Assembly (NCBI GenBank): GCA_026003215.1
Contig: BPGV01000001.1
Location: 1,178,466 to 1,242,465 of the forward strand
DNA: 64,000 nucleotides
Source of the DNA: Bacteroidia bacterium
Lineage (GTDB): Bacteria; Bacteroidota; Bacteroidia; SpSt-205
Reading direction: 5' to 3'
Of the stretch, positions 8,611 through 17,655 are shown piece after piece (the stretch's first letter is position 1; every line of letters starts with the position of its first letter). The position numbers and the translations under genes are program-made. A model generated the notes under the pieces. That model did not search any database, had not been told where the DNA came from, and saw only the letters and a program-made list of their open reading frames with translations.

Positions 8611-9735
8611 CTAATCTAATCCGTCTTCCGCCTCCCAAGAAGAGCCTTCCTCCCTGATATAATCATAAGGGTTCTTATCTGCTTGTAAAGTGAGCGCGCC
8701 TTCCTCTTCATAAAAGCCCTCTTCACCCCGAACTTCAAAGAATATAGAGCGTTTATAGCACATCTTCCCTTTGCCTACCAGCTCGCCAGTTACCTTTCTA
8801 CTCTTTAGCTTAAAGCCCACCTTCTGCGCAAAAATGCGCATAACTTCGTTCTCTTTGTCCTTTTCACCTGGTAAGGTCTGTGTTTTTCCTTGCGCAGAGT
8901 CCTTAGCGAGCTCCTCGATAGCCATAAGGGCCACCCCAAACATCATACCCATCAGAGCCTCAGCCCGTTTTTCAGGGGGATTAACGAGAATGAGCGCCTC
9001 CAACGGAGTCCCCAACATCCGTACTGAGTCGGGCCTCTCTGCCCACCGCTGCCCCTCCACCCGAGCTCGCAAATGGGTCTTGAACTCAAACTCATCGGTA
9101 TCTCCCGTGTCTGCCGGAGCATTTGTCTCTATAAGGGTCACCTGCAAAAAGTTCTCTTTGGGCGAAACCGTATCCGCAACGATTACCACTCGCATAAAAT
9201 AAGTATAGTCGTGTACGCTGCTCTCGCCGGGCGGTTTTGCCTTGGCAAAGACACGCCCTTCCCATACCCCAAAAAACTTCGTTGGGTCGGCCTTTTGGCC
9301 TGCACATGGGGAAAAGAGCCCTCCAAGGAGGAATATCCCCAAAATACCCCCTACGAAAAGGGGCCGCCTCCTAAAAGTGTAGCCTAATCCTTGCACAGGG
9401 CCGCGTTTGCCCTGGAGACAGAGCCGCCGACGAGCTACCCAGGTGTACATATGCTCACGCCACCGCCGAGGGATAAGCCCTAAAAGCATGGCCAACAGCG
9501 GCCACCCATAGCCCGCATCCCGTAGCGCCTCTCGTAGGGCTTCACTTCCTACAAAAAACTGCCCTGCTCGCTCATAGATAACCGCATCTACGGGTACGGG
9601 CAGCCGCGTCAAATCCGTATAATCTGTGGGTACCCAGGTTATGCGCCCAGGAACGGTACGCCGCCCAAAGGCCCGGGCCAACCTCCGGCATAAGGAACAG
9701 TTTTGGTCATAGTACAAGCGCCCTCCACCAGCCAT
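8611..9735 (-). CDS. DCC1-like thiol-disulfide oxidoreductase (DUF393) fused to a membrane-anchored/lipoprotein-like domain
   Basis: N-terminus YYDQNCSLCRR...WVARRR is a DCC family motif. It is followed by a hydrophobic segment ending in SPC and a ~230-aa domain that resembles the 7998..8513 product. Confidence 0.5.
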   Translation of the reverse strand: MAGGGRLYYDQNCSLCRRLARAFGRRTVPGRITWVPTDYTDLTRLPVPVDAVIYERAGQFFVGSEALREALRDAGYGWPLLAMLLGLIPRRWREHMYTWVARRRLCLQGKRGPVQGLGYTFRRRPLFVGGILGIFLLGGLFSPCAGQKADPTKFFGVWEGRVFAKAKPPGESSVHDYTYFMRVVIVADTVSPKENFLQVTLIETNAPADTGDTDEFEFKTHLRARVEGQRWAERPDSVRMLGTPLEALILVNPPEKRAEALMGMMFGVALMAIEELAKDSAQGKTQTLPGEKDKENEVMRIFAQKVGFKLKSRKVTGELVGKGKMCYKRSIFFEVRGEEGFYEEEGALTLQADKNPYDYIREEGSSWEAEDGLD

Positions 9736-9764
9736 CTTGCGAAGATACGTTTTATTTTGCCTGC

Positions 9765-10343
9765 GTGTGCACCCCTGAAAGGTTGGCTCGCATCCGAGCC
9801 GTCTTAGCCAAGCGCCAGCCGGACCTAACCCTCTTCTTAGAGAAGGTACATAAGCCCCATAACCTGTCCGCTATTTTACGCACCTGCGATGCTGTGGGTG
9901 TGTGGGAAGTACATGCGGTCTTTCCAGAAGGACGCGTGCCCACCTATAACGAAACCAGCGCCGGCAGCGAAAAGTGGGTGCCTGTACACACGCATCCCTC
10001 TATCCAAGCGGCATGCGCCTATTTGCGTAAAAAGGGGTTTCGGCTCTATGCCACCGCGCTGCGCCCCGAAGCCGTGGATTTTCGGGCGCTGGATTACACG
10101 CAGCCTACGGCGTTTATCCTGGGCGCGGAATACTACGGGATCTCGGAGGAAACCTTAGCGGAGGCCGATGCGCTTATCCGCATCCCTATGTACGGGATGG
10201 TCCAGAGTCTGAATGTGTCGGTAGCGGCAGCGGTGCTCTTGTATGAGGCGCAGCGGCAGCGTGCTGCAGCCGGTTTCTATGATGCCCCACGTCTCTCTCC
10301 TGCCGAGCTGGAAGAAGCCTTTGAACGGTGGTGCAGCCTCTAA
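9765..10343 (+). CDS. TrmH/SpoU-family RNA 2'-O-methyltransferase
   Basis: Motif HKPHNLSAILRTCDAVGV and a C-terminal SPOUT knot region (LNVSVAAAVLLYE). Confidence 0.8.
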   Translation: MCTPERLARIRAVLAKRQPDLTLFLEKVHKPHNLSAILRTCDAVGVWEVHAVFPEGRVPTYNETSAGSEKWVPVHTHPSIQAACAYLRKKGFRLYATALRPEAVDFRALDYTQPTAFILGAEYYGISEETLAEADALIRIPMYGMVQSLNVSVAAAVLLYEAQRQRAAAGFYDAPRLSPAELEEAFERWCSL

Positions 10344-10951
10344 GGCGCCGAGCGTATCCACACTTCCCCTACCAGAGTATCGCCCAAAAACGCTCGCAGG
10401 TGGTCTCCCACGGCTACGGGGCCAACGCCTGCGGGCGTCCCTGTAAAAAGCACATCCCCCGGCTCCAGCGTAAAGTACCGAGAGGCTTCAGTGATAAGCT
10501 CTGGGAGGGAAAAAAGCATATCGCGCCCGTACCCTTCTTGGAGGAGGGTATCGCCCCGTAGGAGGCGGAAGGGCTTCTCCGGCCAGTCTGCCGTGAGAGG
10601 CAGCCAAGCGCCCCACCACGCGGACCCATCAAAGGCTTTGGCCATCTCCCAGGGCAGGCCCTGGGCTTTGAGCTGGGCTTGGAGGTCGCGGGCCGTAAAA
10701 TCAATCCCCACCGTCAAGGCATCTACCAGCGCCGCAGCCTTGTCTACGGGTACATTCTTCCCGCCGCGTCCCAGCCGGAAAACCAACTCTACTTCATACT
10801 CTAACCGCTGAGAAAAAGCCGGATACCCTACTTCCCCCGAGGCTGCCCAGGCCGTGGCGGGCTTGAGAAAAAATACAGGTTTTTCCGGCGGAGCGGCCCC
10901 CATCTCTTGGGCATGAAGGGGATAGTTTCGCGCCACACACAGGATTTTCAT
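10340..10951 (-). CDS. fumarylacetoacetate hydrolase (FAH) family protein
   Basis: 203 aa with FAH-domain motifs (EVELVFRLGRGGKNV...GDVLFTGTPAGVGPV). Its start overlaps the stop of the upstream mutase gene (ATGA). Confidence 0.75.
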   Translation of the reverse strand: MKILCVARNYPLHAQEMGAAPPEKPVFFLKPATAWAASGEVGYPAFSQRLEYEVELVFRLGRGGKNVPVDKAAALVDALTVGIDFTARDLQAQLKAQGLPWEMAKAFDGSAWWGAWLPLTADWPEKPFRLLRGDTLLQEGYGRDMLFSLPELITEASRYFTLEPGDVLFTGTPAGVGPVAVGDHLRAFLGDTLVGEVWIRSAP

Positions 10952-12351
10952 GCCCGCATGACGAGTTCTTGGCCTTCGGTGATGAGCACACTGGCACGGT
11001 CAGCCGTAGGGGCCTCCGTGTAAATGCGCAGGATAGGCTCTGTGCCCGAAGCCCGAAACATTACCGCCTCACCGCCCTCCAGTAGGAGCTTATAGCCGTC
11101 GGTGGCATCTATGGAGAGGACCTTCCGCCCGGCAAAAGAAGTGGGCGGCCCTTCTTTCAGGAGGCGCAAGATGGCGGCTTTGCGCTCGTCGGAGATATGC
11201 CAGTCTAATCTATCCACCGCAAAAGGCCCCACTACCTCATATATCTCCGCGATCAGCTCATCCAAGGTCTTGCCCGTTTCTGCCAGCATTTGGAGGATAG
11301 TGAGGGCGATAAAGGTGCCATCTCGCTCTGGCAGATGCGAAGGGATAGCTACGCCTCCCGATTCTTCGGCGCCTAAGAGGGTGTCTTCGGCAGCCTGCAT
11401 CCGTTCCGCTATGTATTTGAAGCCCACCGGGGTAATCTCCACGGGCAAGCCCATCCGCCGAGCATATTCGCCCACCCGCACCGCACAGCTCAAACTCACA
11501 ATGACTCGCCCGCGCTGCTGTTTATACCGCACCAGATAATGCAGCACCAGTAGAATAATATGATGCGCATCTATGTACTTCCCGCCCTTGCCTACCATGC
11601 CGATACGGTCGGCATCCCCATCCAGCACAAACCCAAAGTCCAAGTTATGCTGCTGTACAAATACAGCAAAATCGCCGAGGTTTTTGGGGATAGGTTCTGG
11701 ATTTATGCCGCCGAAGCTGGGGTTATATTCACAACGGAAGGCATGCACGACAGGCAAGAGGCGAGGGAAAATCCGTTGCCCTGCGCCATACATCGCATCA
11801 AAACCTATGCGGAAGGGGAGCTGACTGAGGCGCCTGAGGTCAAAACGGCTTTTGATATAGTTTTGGTAAAGGGCCTCCATGTCGTAGATTTCTATTTGGC
11901 GGGCTTGGAGGAGCTCTTCCCAGGCTTCGGGGAGCTCTACGGGGGCATCAGGGATGAGGGCTTCTATTTCTTTGAGGATAGAGACAGGGGCGGGACCGCC
12001 ATAGGGGGCTTTGAGCTTGTAGCCCAAGTAGTGGGGGGGATTGTGCGAGGCGGTGAGCACAATACCTAAATGGGCCTGGTGCTGCACCGTAGCGAGAGAG
12101 ACCATAGGTGTAGTAGCAAAGGAAGGGCTCAAATATACCTTTACGCCGCGGTGAGCCAGGTGTTGGGCCGCCGCCTCCGCAAACATCCCCGCCATAAACC
12201 GGCAATCATACCCTATCATGACCTTGGGCTGGGGATACCGCTCTACAAGCCAGCGGGCAGTCCCCTCTACAATACGGCTCAGGTTAGCGAAAGTGAAATC
12301 CTTCGCAATAATGGCTCGCCATCCATCCGTACCAAAACGAATAGCACTCAT
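10948..12351 (-). CDS. phosphoglucomutase/phosphomannomutase family protein
   Basis: FGTDGWRAII, the active-site loop TASHNPP and a Mg-binding DGDADR motif. Its start overlaps the stop of the upstream GT4 gene (ATGA). Confidence 0.85.
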   Translation of the reverse strand: MSAIRFGTDGWRAIIAKDFTFANLSRIVEGTARWLVERYPQPKVMIGYDCRFMAGMFAEAAAQHLAHRGVKVYLSPSFATTPMVSLATVQHQAHLGIVLTASHNPPHYLGYKLKAPYGGPAPVSILKEIEALIPDAPVELPEAWEELLQARQIEIYDMEALYQNYIKSRFDLRRLSQLPFRIGFDAMYGAGQRIFPRLLPVVHAFRCEYNPSFGGINPEPIPKNLGDFAVFVQQHNLDFGFVLDGDADRIGMVGKGGKYIDAHHIILLVLHYLVRYKQQRGRVIVSLSCAVRVGEYARRMGLPVEITPVGFKYIAERMQAAEDTLLGAEESGGVAIPSHLPERDGTFIALTILQMLAETGKTLDELIAEIYEVVGPFAVDRLDWHISDERKAAILRLLKEGPPTSFAGRKVLSIDATDGYKLLLEGGEAVMFRASGTEPILRIYTEAPTADRASVLITEGQELVMRA

Positions 12352-13508
12352 GGGGCAAAGTTAGGGGAAGAAAGTAGCTGCCTATACAGCGCACGAATGT
12401 CTTTTATGAGGCGCTCCTCGCTGTAGTAGCTGCGAATGAAAGGTTGTGCTTTTTGGGCTTTTGCGCGGGCTTGGGGCAGCTGCGCTATAAAGAGTCGGAG
12501 GCTTTCGGGAAGTGGCTCCTGGAGGAGATAGCCATACTCTCCTTCGGCGAGGAGGTCTGGCACACCGCCCACGGGCGTAGAGGCCACCGGCACCCCACAA
12601 GCCAAGGCTTCTATGAGGGTGACGGGGGTACCTTCATTATCGGAAACAAGAACCACAGCATCTAAGGCTCGCAGTACTTCCGGAATATCCCAACGCAAAC
12701 CCGCCCACACTACTTTTTCGGAAAGGCCCAGTTGCCGGGCCAGGGCCTCCCAGCGGGGCTTCTCGGGGCCATCGCCCACGAGTACGAGCCGGAAAGGGCG
12801 CGGCGGGTCATTCATCTCGGCCACGGCCTGCAAAAGCTTATCTACCCGCTTGATAGGTACCATACGACCTATCCACCCCAGCAGCAGGCTATCCCTCCCG
12901 CCCCACGCTGTTCGCAAGGCCTCCACCGCCTCCGGGTCGTACTTATCTAAGCGTTCCAGCGGGAAGCCTAAGGGTATGACTACGACTTTTTCGGGTGGGG
13001 CGATGCGGAAGCGCTCTACAATATCGCGCCGCTGCCGCTCACTAATCACCACAATACGATGAGCGAGGCGTGCCAACAACCGTTCTATTTGGCGATAGAG
13101 CCAGTGCCGCCACGGCGAGAAGTACCCTTCAAACGAATGCCCATGGAAGGTATGAATACGCAGGGGCACCCTGGCCAGCCACGCCGCCAGCCGCCCCACA
13201 GCTCCAGCCTTAGCGGTGTGGGTATGCACAATATGGGGATTGTAACTACGCATGAGGCGCCACAGCGCCCATATACTCCCCCAATCTCGCCACACCTGAA
13301 CTTCACGCCCTAAGGAAGGAATGTACTCCACGGGTACGCCATACTGCGCTATCCATTCGGTGGCGCGGGCTTCTCCGGGCGGCTCTTGCCCCGATACTAA
13401 TAGGGTCTCAAAGGGCTCCCCCAATCGCTGGGAGAGGAGGAGCACGTGATGGGCAGGTCCGCCTACGTTGAGACGAGTAATCACCCGCAGAACCCGTACT
13501 TTTGACAC
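12348..13508 (-). CDS. glycosyltransferase family 4 (GT-B)
   Basis: C-terminal EGTPVTLIEALACGVPVAST motif. I trimmed the start to the GTG encoding (M)SKVRVLRVI, to avoid a divergent overlap. Confidence 0.75.
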   Translation of the reverse strand: MSKVRVLRVITRLNVGGPAHHVLLLSQRLGEPFETLLVSGQEPPGEARATEWIAQYGVPVEYIPSLGREVQVWRDWGSIWALWRLMRSYNPHIVHTHTAKAGAVGRLAAWLARVPLRIHTFHGHSFEGYFSPWRHWLYRQIERLLARLAHRIVVISERQRRDIVERFRIAPPEKVVVIPLGFPLERLDKYDPEAVEALRTAWGGRDSLLLGWIGRMVPIKRVDKLLQAVAEMNDPPRPFRLVLVGDGPEKPRWEALARQLGLSEKVVWAGLRWDIPEVLRALDAVVLVSDNEGTPVTLIEALACGVPVASTPVGGVPDLLAEGEYGYLLQEPLPESLRLFIAQLPQARAKAQKAQPFIRSYYSEERLIKDIRALYRQLLSSPNFAP

Positions 13509-13523
13509 CAGGCCAAAGGTATC

Positions 13524-13970
13524 ATGCGCTTTTTCTGGGTTGTACTGCTGGTGTGGGGGCAAGAAGTCTCCCCCCCCGCTTACCCTAACCCCAAGGTTGC
13601 CCTGGCCCTGAGCGCAGCCTTCCCCGGGACGGGCCAGCTCTACAATAAAGCCTATTGGAAGGCCCCCTTAGTATGGGGAGCGCTGGCATTTACGGGCTAC
13701 CTCGCCTACCAAAACCACCGCCAATACCTCTATTATCGCCAAGCTTACCGCGAAGCGCTGGCGGGCTACAATCCCCTCCCTACGCTCCTCCCTGAAAATA
13801 TCCGCGCCTTGCGCGAAGCCTATCGCAAAGACCGAGATGTCTTTTTGCTGGTTTTTTGCATAGCCTATGGCCTCCAAATAGGCGAAGCCTACGCCGATGC
13901 CTATCTCAAGAAGTACTCCGTATATGCTGGGGTCACTCCTGCAGGAATATGGATCGCCGCCAGGTGGTAG
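13524..13970 (+). CDS. hypothetical membrane protein (DUF5683-like)
   Basis: 148 aa with hydrophobic helices and an ATG start; no family motif is recognised. Confidence 0.4.
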   Translation: MRFFWVVLLVWGQEVSPPAYPNPKVALALSAAFPGTGQLYNKAYWKAPLVWGALAFTGYLAYQNHRQYLYYRQAYREALAGYNPLPTLLPENIRALREAYRKDRDVFLLVFCIAYGLQIGEAYADAYLKKYSVYAGVTPAGIWIAARW

Positions 13971-14527
13971 CCCGCTTCTTGCAAGCCTTAGCTACTCTTA
14001 CCCATCCGGCCGTAGTGGAGGCAGCGCTACTTTCTTATTACAGCAAGGGGCATGCGGGCTGGATAGTGGCTAGTTGGGCGCTGCTCCCAGGCGTAGGCGG
14101 CCTCCTTTACCTCGGACTGCGTATTTCCCTTCTGGACCTGGCAGGCGTATTGGGCTCTCCGCGTCGCGTACTTCTCTTGTGGAACCTGTTAGCCATAGCC
14201 GGCCTCTGGGCCGCCACTGCAGACCCCCTCCTGCACTTCTGGCTCAACTTCCTCCTGTGGATAAGCTTCTGTGGATTCCTCCTCCACTGGTGGTGGGAAT
14301 ACTCCTTTCATGTCTATGCATGGGCGGCCCTAACAGGCCTTTTTTTAGGGTATAGCCGCAGCTATCCTTTCACTTTCGTGCTCCTTCTCAGTGCCACCGC
14401 AAGCATAGGATACCTTCGCTGGAAGCAGCAAGCGCATCCTGTGCCCGAGCTTGTGCGAGGTGGCGTAGCTGGGGGACTCCTTGGGCTACTCTTCTTTGCC
14501 TGGAACGAACTCGTCTACCTTCGCTAA
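13949..14527 (+). CDS. hypothetical integral membrane protein
   Basis: Multiple predicted TM helices (WNLLAIAGLWAA, FLLWISFCGFLLHWWW). I read it from the internal ATG at 13949. Confidence 0.4.
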   Translation: MDRRQVVARFLQALATLTHPAVVEAALLSYYSKGHAGWIVASWALLPGVGGLLYLGLRISLLDLAGVLGSPRRVLLLWNLLAIAGLWAATADPLLHFWLNFLLWISFCGFLLHWWWEYSFHVYAWAALTGLFLGYSRSYPFTFVLLLSATASIGYLRWKQQAHPVPELVRGGVAGGLLGLLFFAWNELVYLR

Positions 14528-14547
14528 CTGAACGGAGTTTTACCTTC

Positions 14548-17500
14548 GTGGGGATGAAAAGCCATTTGGCCTTCCTCCTTGGGGCAACTTTCCTACAAGC
14601 CCAAATACCGGCCTTAGCATCTGTAAGGGGATTACATTCCGCGCGCCCTTCGCGCACGGCAATTGTGGGGGTACAGGTGTGGCTGGGTCCGAGCAAGGTA
14701 CAACGCAATGCCGCCCTCCTTATAGAAAAAGGCTTCATCACCCGCATCCTCCCTGCCGATTCCTTCGTGCCTTCAGCGGGCATGCAGGTATTGCGCTATC
14801 CTCAGGGTACGTGGGTCTATCCAGCCTTCATAGAGCCTTGGACAAAAGAAGGGCTACCTGCCCCTTCTCGTCAGGAGAAGGCCTCCCCCCAATACGACCC
14901 TGCACGTCCGCCTACTTACTACCCTAATGATGCCGTACGGCTGGATTTTGCCGCAGAAACGAGCTTCACTTTTTCGGCGGAGCAGGCCCGTAAGCTCCGG
15001 GAGATGGGTTTCGCTGTGGCTCATATAGCCCCCACAGATGGGATAGTGCGCGGAACTGGCGTTACCTTCTTCCTGACAGATAAGCTGCACTCCGAAGAGC
15101 GTATTCTACGCGCAGCAGCTATCCTTCATGCTGGCTTTGAAAAGGGAAGCTCCCCCCAAGAATATCCTGACTCCAAAATGGGAGCCATTGCTTTGGTGCG
15201 CCAGCTCCTGTACGATGCGCTATGGTATCGCCAAGGCCTGCCTAACACCCCGAAAAATGTCGCGCTGGACCGCCTCCTTGCGCTGGCTCGGGATACCCTT
15301 CGCTGGTGCTGGATGGCACAGACGCCCGAGGATGCCTTTCGGGTAGCCCAGCTGATGCGCGAATGGCAAGCCTTGGCTCCCCTTCGCTGGGCGCTCCTGG
15401 CCACTGGCTACGAATACGAATGGCTCCCTTACCTCCCTAAAGAAGGCTTGTATATTGTGCCGGTAGGCCTGCCGGTGCTTCCCCCGCCCCATAGCCCGGA
15501 TTTTTATGCGCGGCTCCCTCTGCAAGCGTTGCGCCGGTGGGAACAAGCCCCCTTCCGCGCCAAGTGGCTATTGCAAGCGGGCTATCCTGTAGCTTTCACC
15601 GCCCACGGCCTCCCCGACCCAAAGACCTTCTGGGAGCACCTGCGCACACTGGCACGCACAGGAGTGTCACCCGATAGCCTCTTGTGGGGGCTGACGGAAG
15701 TGCCGGCCCAATGGCTGGGCCTATCTCAGGCAGGACGCATCGCCCCCGGCTACTACGCTAACTTTTTGGTTTTTTCCGATACCCTCTGGAAGCCTTCCGC
15801 CCGTCTCTTAGAAACATGGGTCGCTGGCGAGAGAGACCTGTGGGTTTCGGTGCCCTCCGTCCTGCCGGCAGGTACCTATGAAGCCACAGCCGCCTTCCCT
15901 CAACTCAAGATAGCACCAGACCTACCGCCCCTCTCCGCCAAAATCCTCCGAGACAAAGACACCCTCTCTGTACAGATCGCGTATGATCCCACTACCGCTC
16001 TTTTTCGCTTTACGGTGCCGGCCCAAATAGGGGTAGGGCATATCGTGTTTTCGGCACCGGCCGAGAGTCTCCTGACTGGCTGGTGGATCCCCCCCACCGG
16101 CGAACGAATACCTTGGCAAGCCCGGCGCATAGCGCCTCCTGACACCGAACGCGCCCGCGAAGCACCGCCCCCCCTCGCAGAAGATAGCCTCATCAGTCGC
16201 CGTACCTTTCCCAATAGCGCCTATGGCCGTCCTACCTTTCCCCCGGCGCAAACTTTCCTTTTCCGCAAAGCCACCGTATGGACAGGCGATACCATTCTCC
16301 CAGAGACCGATGTGCTCGTGAGTGGCGGCAAGATCCGCGCCATAGGCCGAGACTTAGCCCCACCAACAGATGCCCAGATTATTGAAGCCCACGGCAACGC
16401 CCTCACCGCAGGCATCATTGATGAGCACTCCCATATCGCGATTGAAGGCGGCGTCAATGAAGCCAGCGACGCCGTCACCGCCGAAGTGCGCATCCGGGAT
16501 GTGATTGACCCCACCGATGTCAATATCTATCGGCATTTAGCTGGGGGCGTGGTCGCAGTACAGCTCCTCCACGGCTCGGCTAACCCCATCGGCGGGCAAT
16601 CTGCTTGCATCAAACTTAAGTGGGGCCTGCCGGCCGACTCTTTCCTCATCCCCGATGCTCCCCCCTTCAATAAGTTTGCCTTGGGCGAGAATGTTAAGCA
16701 ATCCAACTGGGGGGATGCCTACACCCTCCGCTATCCTCAGACGCGCATGGGCGTGGAGCAAATAATCACCGACGCGTTTGAAGCCGCTCAGCAGTATGCT
16801 CAAGAATGGCAGACCTATGAAGCCGCCCGAAAAAAGAATCCCCGCTTGCCAGCGCCCCGCCGCAACCTCCGCTACGAAGCTCTGGCGGAAATCCTTGCCA
16901 GCAAACGGTACATTACCTGCCATTCGTACGTGCAATCCGAAATCCTTATGCTCATGCGTGTAGCGGAGCGCTTCGGCTTCCGGGTGCGCACCTTCACCCA
17001 TGTTTTAGAAGGGTACAAGGTCGCCCCCGAACTCAAAGCCCATGGCGCGTTTGCTTCTACTTTTTCCGATTGGTGGGCCTACAAGTACGAAGTCATAGAA
17101 GCCATACCCCATAATGCCGCCATTTTACTAAGCAAAGGCGTGCCCGTATGCATAAACTCTGACGATGCCGAGATGGGCCGCCGTCTAAACCAAGAAGCCG
17201 CTAAGATTCTACGGTATGGGGGTAGGACCTTAGGCATAGATAGCCTTACTGCCTGGCGCACGGTGACCGTTTATCCCGCCCAGGCCTTAGGCATAGCCCA
17301 CCGCACAGGTTTTATCCGGCCAGGGTATGATGCGGATCTTGTACTCTGGGACCGCCCGTCTCCCCTGTCCGTGTATAGCAAAGTCTTAATGACCCTCGTG
17401 GAAGGACGCCGCCTTTACGATGCCCAAGAAGACCGCCTCCATGGGCAAGCGCTCCAGAAAGAGAAAAAGGCCTTGGTAGAAAAAACGTGGAAAGCAGCCC

Positions 17501-17595
17501 AACAAGAAACTAAGGGGCCCCCCCTCTTGCTGCGCCGAGCTGTACTCTGGGATTGCGAAAGCCTCGGAAATGCCGCCGAAACTTCTACCCCATAG
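14548..17595 (+). CDS. secreted amidohydrolase-family protein (about 1015 aa, apparently two amidohydrolase-like domains)
   Basis: Signal peptide MGMKSHLAFLLGATFLQAQ. A metal-binding HSH motif (IIDEHSHIAIEGG) sits in the second half. The length is typical of Bacteroidota tandem amidohydrolases. Confidence 0.65.
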   Translation: MGMKSHLAFLLGATFLQAQIPALASVRGLHSARPSRTAIVGVQVWLGPSKVQRNAALLIEKGFITRILPADSFVPSAGMQVLRYPQGTWVYPAFIEPWTKEGLPAPSRQEKASPQYDPARPPTYYPNDAVRLDFAAETSFTFSAEQARKLREMGFAVAHIAPTDGIVRGTGVTFFLTDKLHSEERILRAAAILHAGFEKGSSPQEYPDSKMGAIALVRQLLYDALWYRQGLPNTPKNVALDRLLALARDTLRWCWMAQTPEDAFRVAQLMREWQALAPLRWALLATGYEYEWLPYLPKEGLYIVPVGLPVLPPPHSPDFYARLPLQALRRWEQAPFRAKWLLQAGYPVAFTAHGLPDPKTFWEHLRTLARTGVSPDSLLWGLTEVPAQWLGLSQAGRIAPGYYANFLVFSDTLWKPSARLLETWVAGERDLWVSVPSVLPAGTYEATAAFPQLKIAPDLPPLSAKILRDKDTLSVQIAYDPTTALFRFTVPAQIGVGHIVFSAPAESLLTGWWIPPTGERIPWQARRIAPPDTERAREAPPPLAEDSLISRRTFPNSAYGRPTFPPAQTFLFRKATVWTGDTILPETDVLVSGGKIRAIGRDLAPPTDAQIIEAHGNALTAGIIDEHSHIAIEGGVNEASDAVTAEVRIRDVIDPTDVNIYRHLAGGVVAVQLLHGSANPIGGQSACIKLKWGLPADSFLIPDAPPFNKFALGENVKQSNWGDAYTLRYPQTRMGVEQIITDAFEAAQQYAQEWQTYEAARKKNPRLPAPRRNLRYEALAEILASKRYITCHSYVQSEILMLMRVAERFGFRVRTFTHVLEGYKVAPELKAHGAFASTFSDWWAYKYEVIEAIPHNAAILLSKGVPVCINSDDAEMGRRLNQEAAKILRYGGRTLGIDSLTAWRTVTVYPAQALGIAHRTGFIRPGYDADLVLWDRPSPLSVYSKVLMTLVEGRRLYDAQEDRLHGQALQKEKKALVEKTWKAAQQETKGPPLLLRRAVLWDCESLGNAAETSTP

Positions 17596-17628
17596 CTCCA
17601 TACCCCACAGAAACCGCAGCGAAAATCT

Positions 17629-17636
17629 TACCTTTG
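17629..17636 (+). promoter_or_regulatory. candidate Bacteroidota -7 promoter element (TACCTTTG = TAnnTTTG)
   Basis: Exact match to TAnnTTTG, 20 nt upstream of the 17656 start codon. Confidence 0.3.
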
Positions 17637-17655
17637 CCCAAACAATATATACGAT

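Noticed and set aside
16221-17001. Antisense ORFs of 100-154 aa inside the amidohydrolase gene
   Set aside because: They are entirely contained in, and antisense to, a 1015-aa gene with clear motifs. They are rich in Gly/Ala/Arg, as expected for reverse-strand GC-rich coding DNA.
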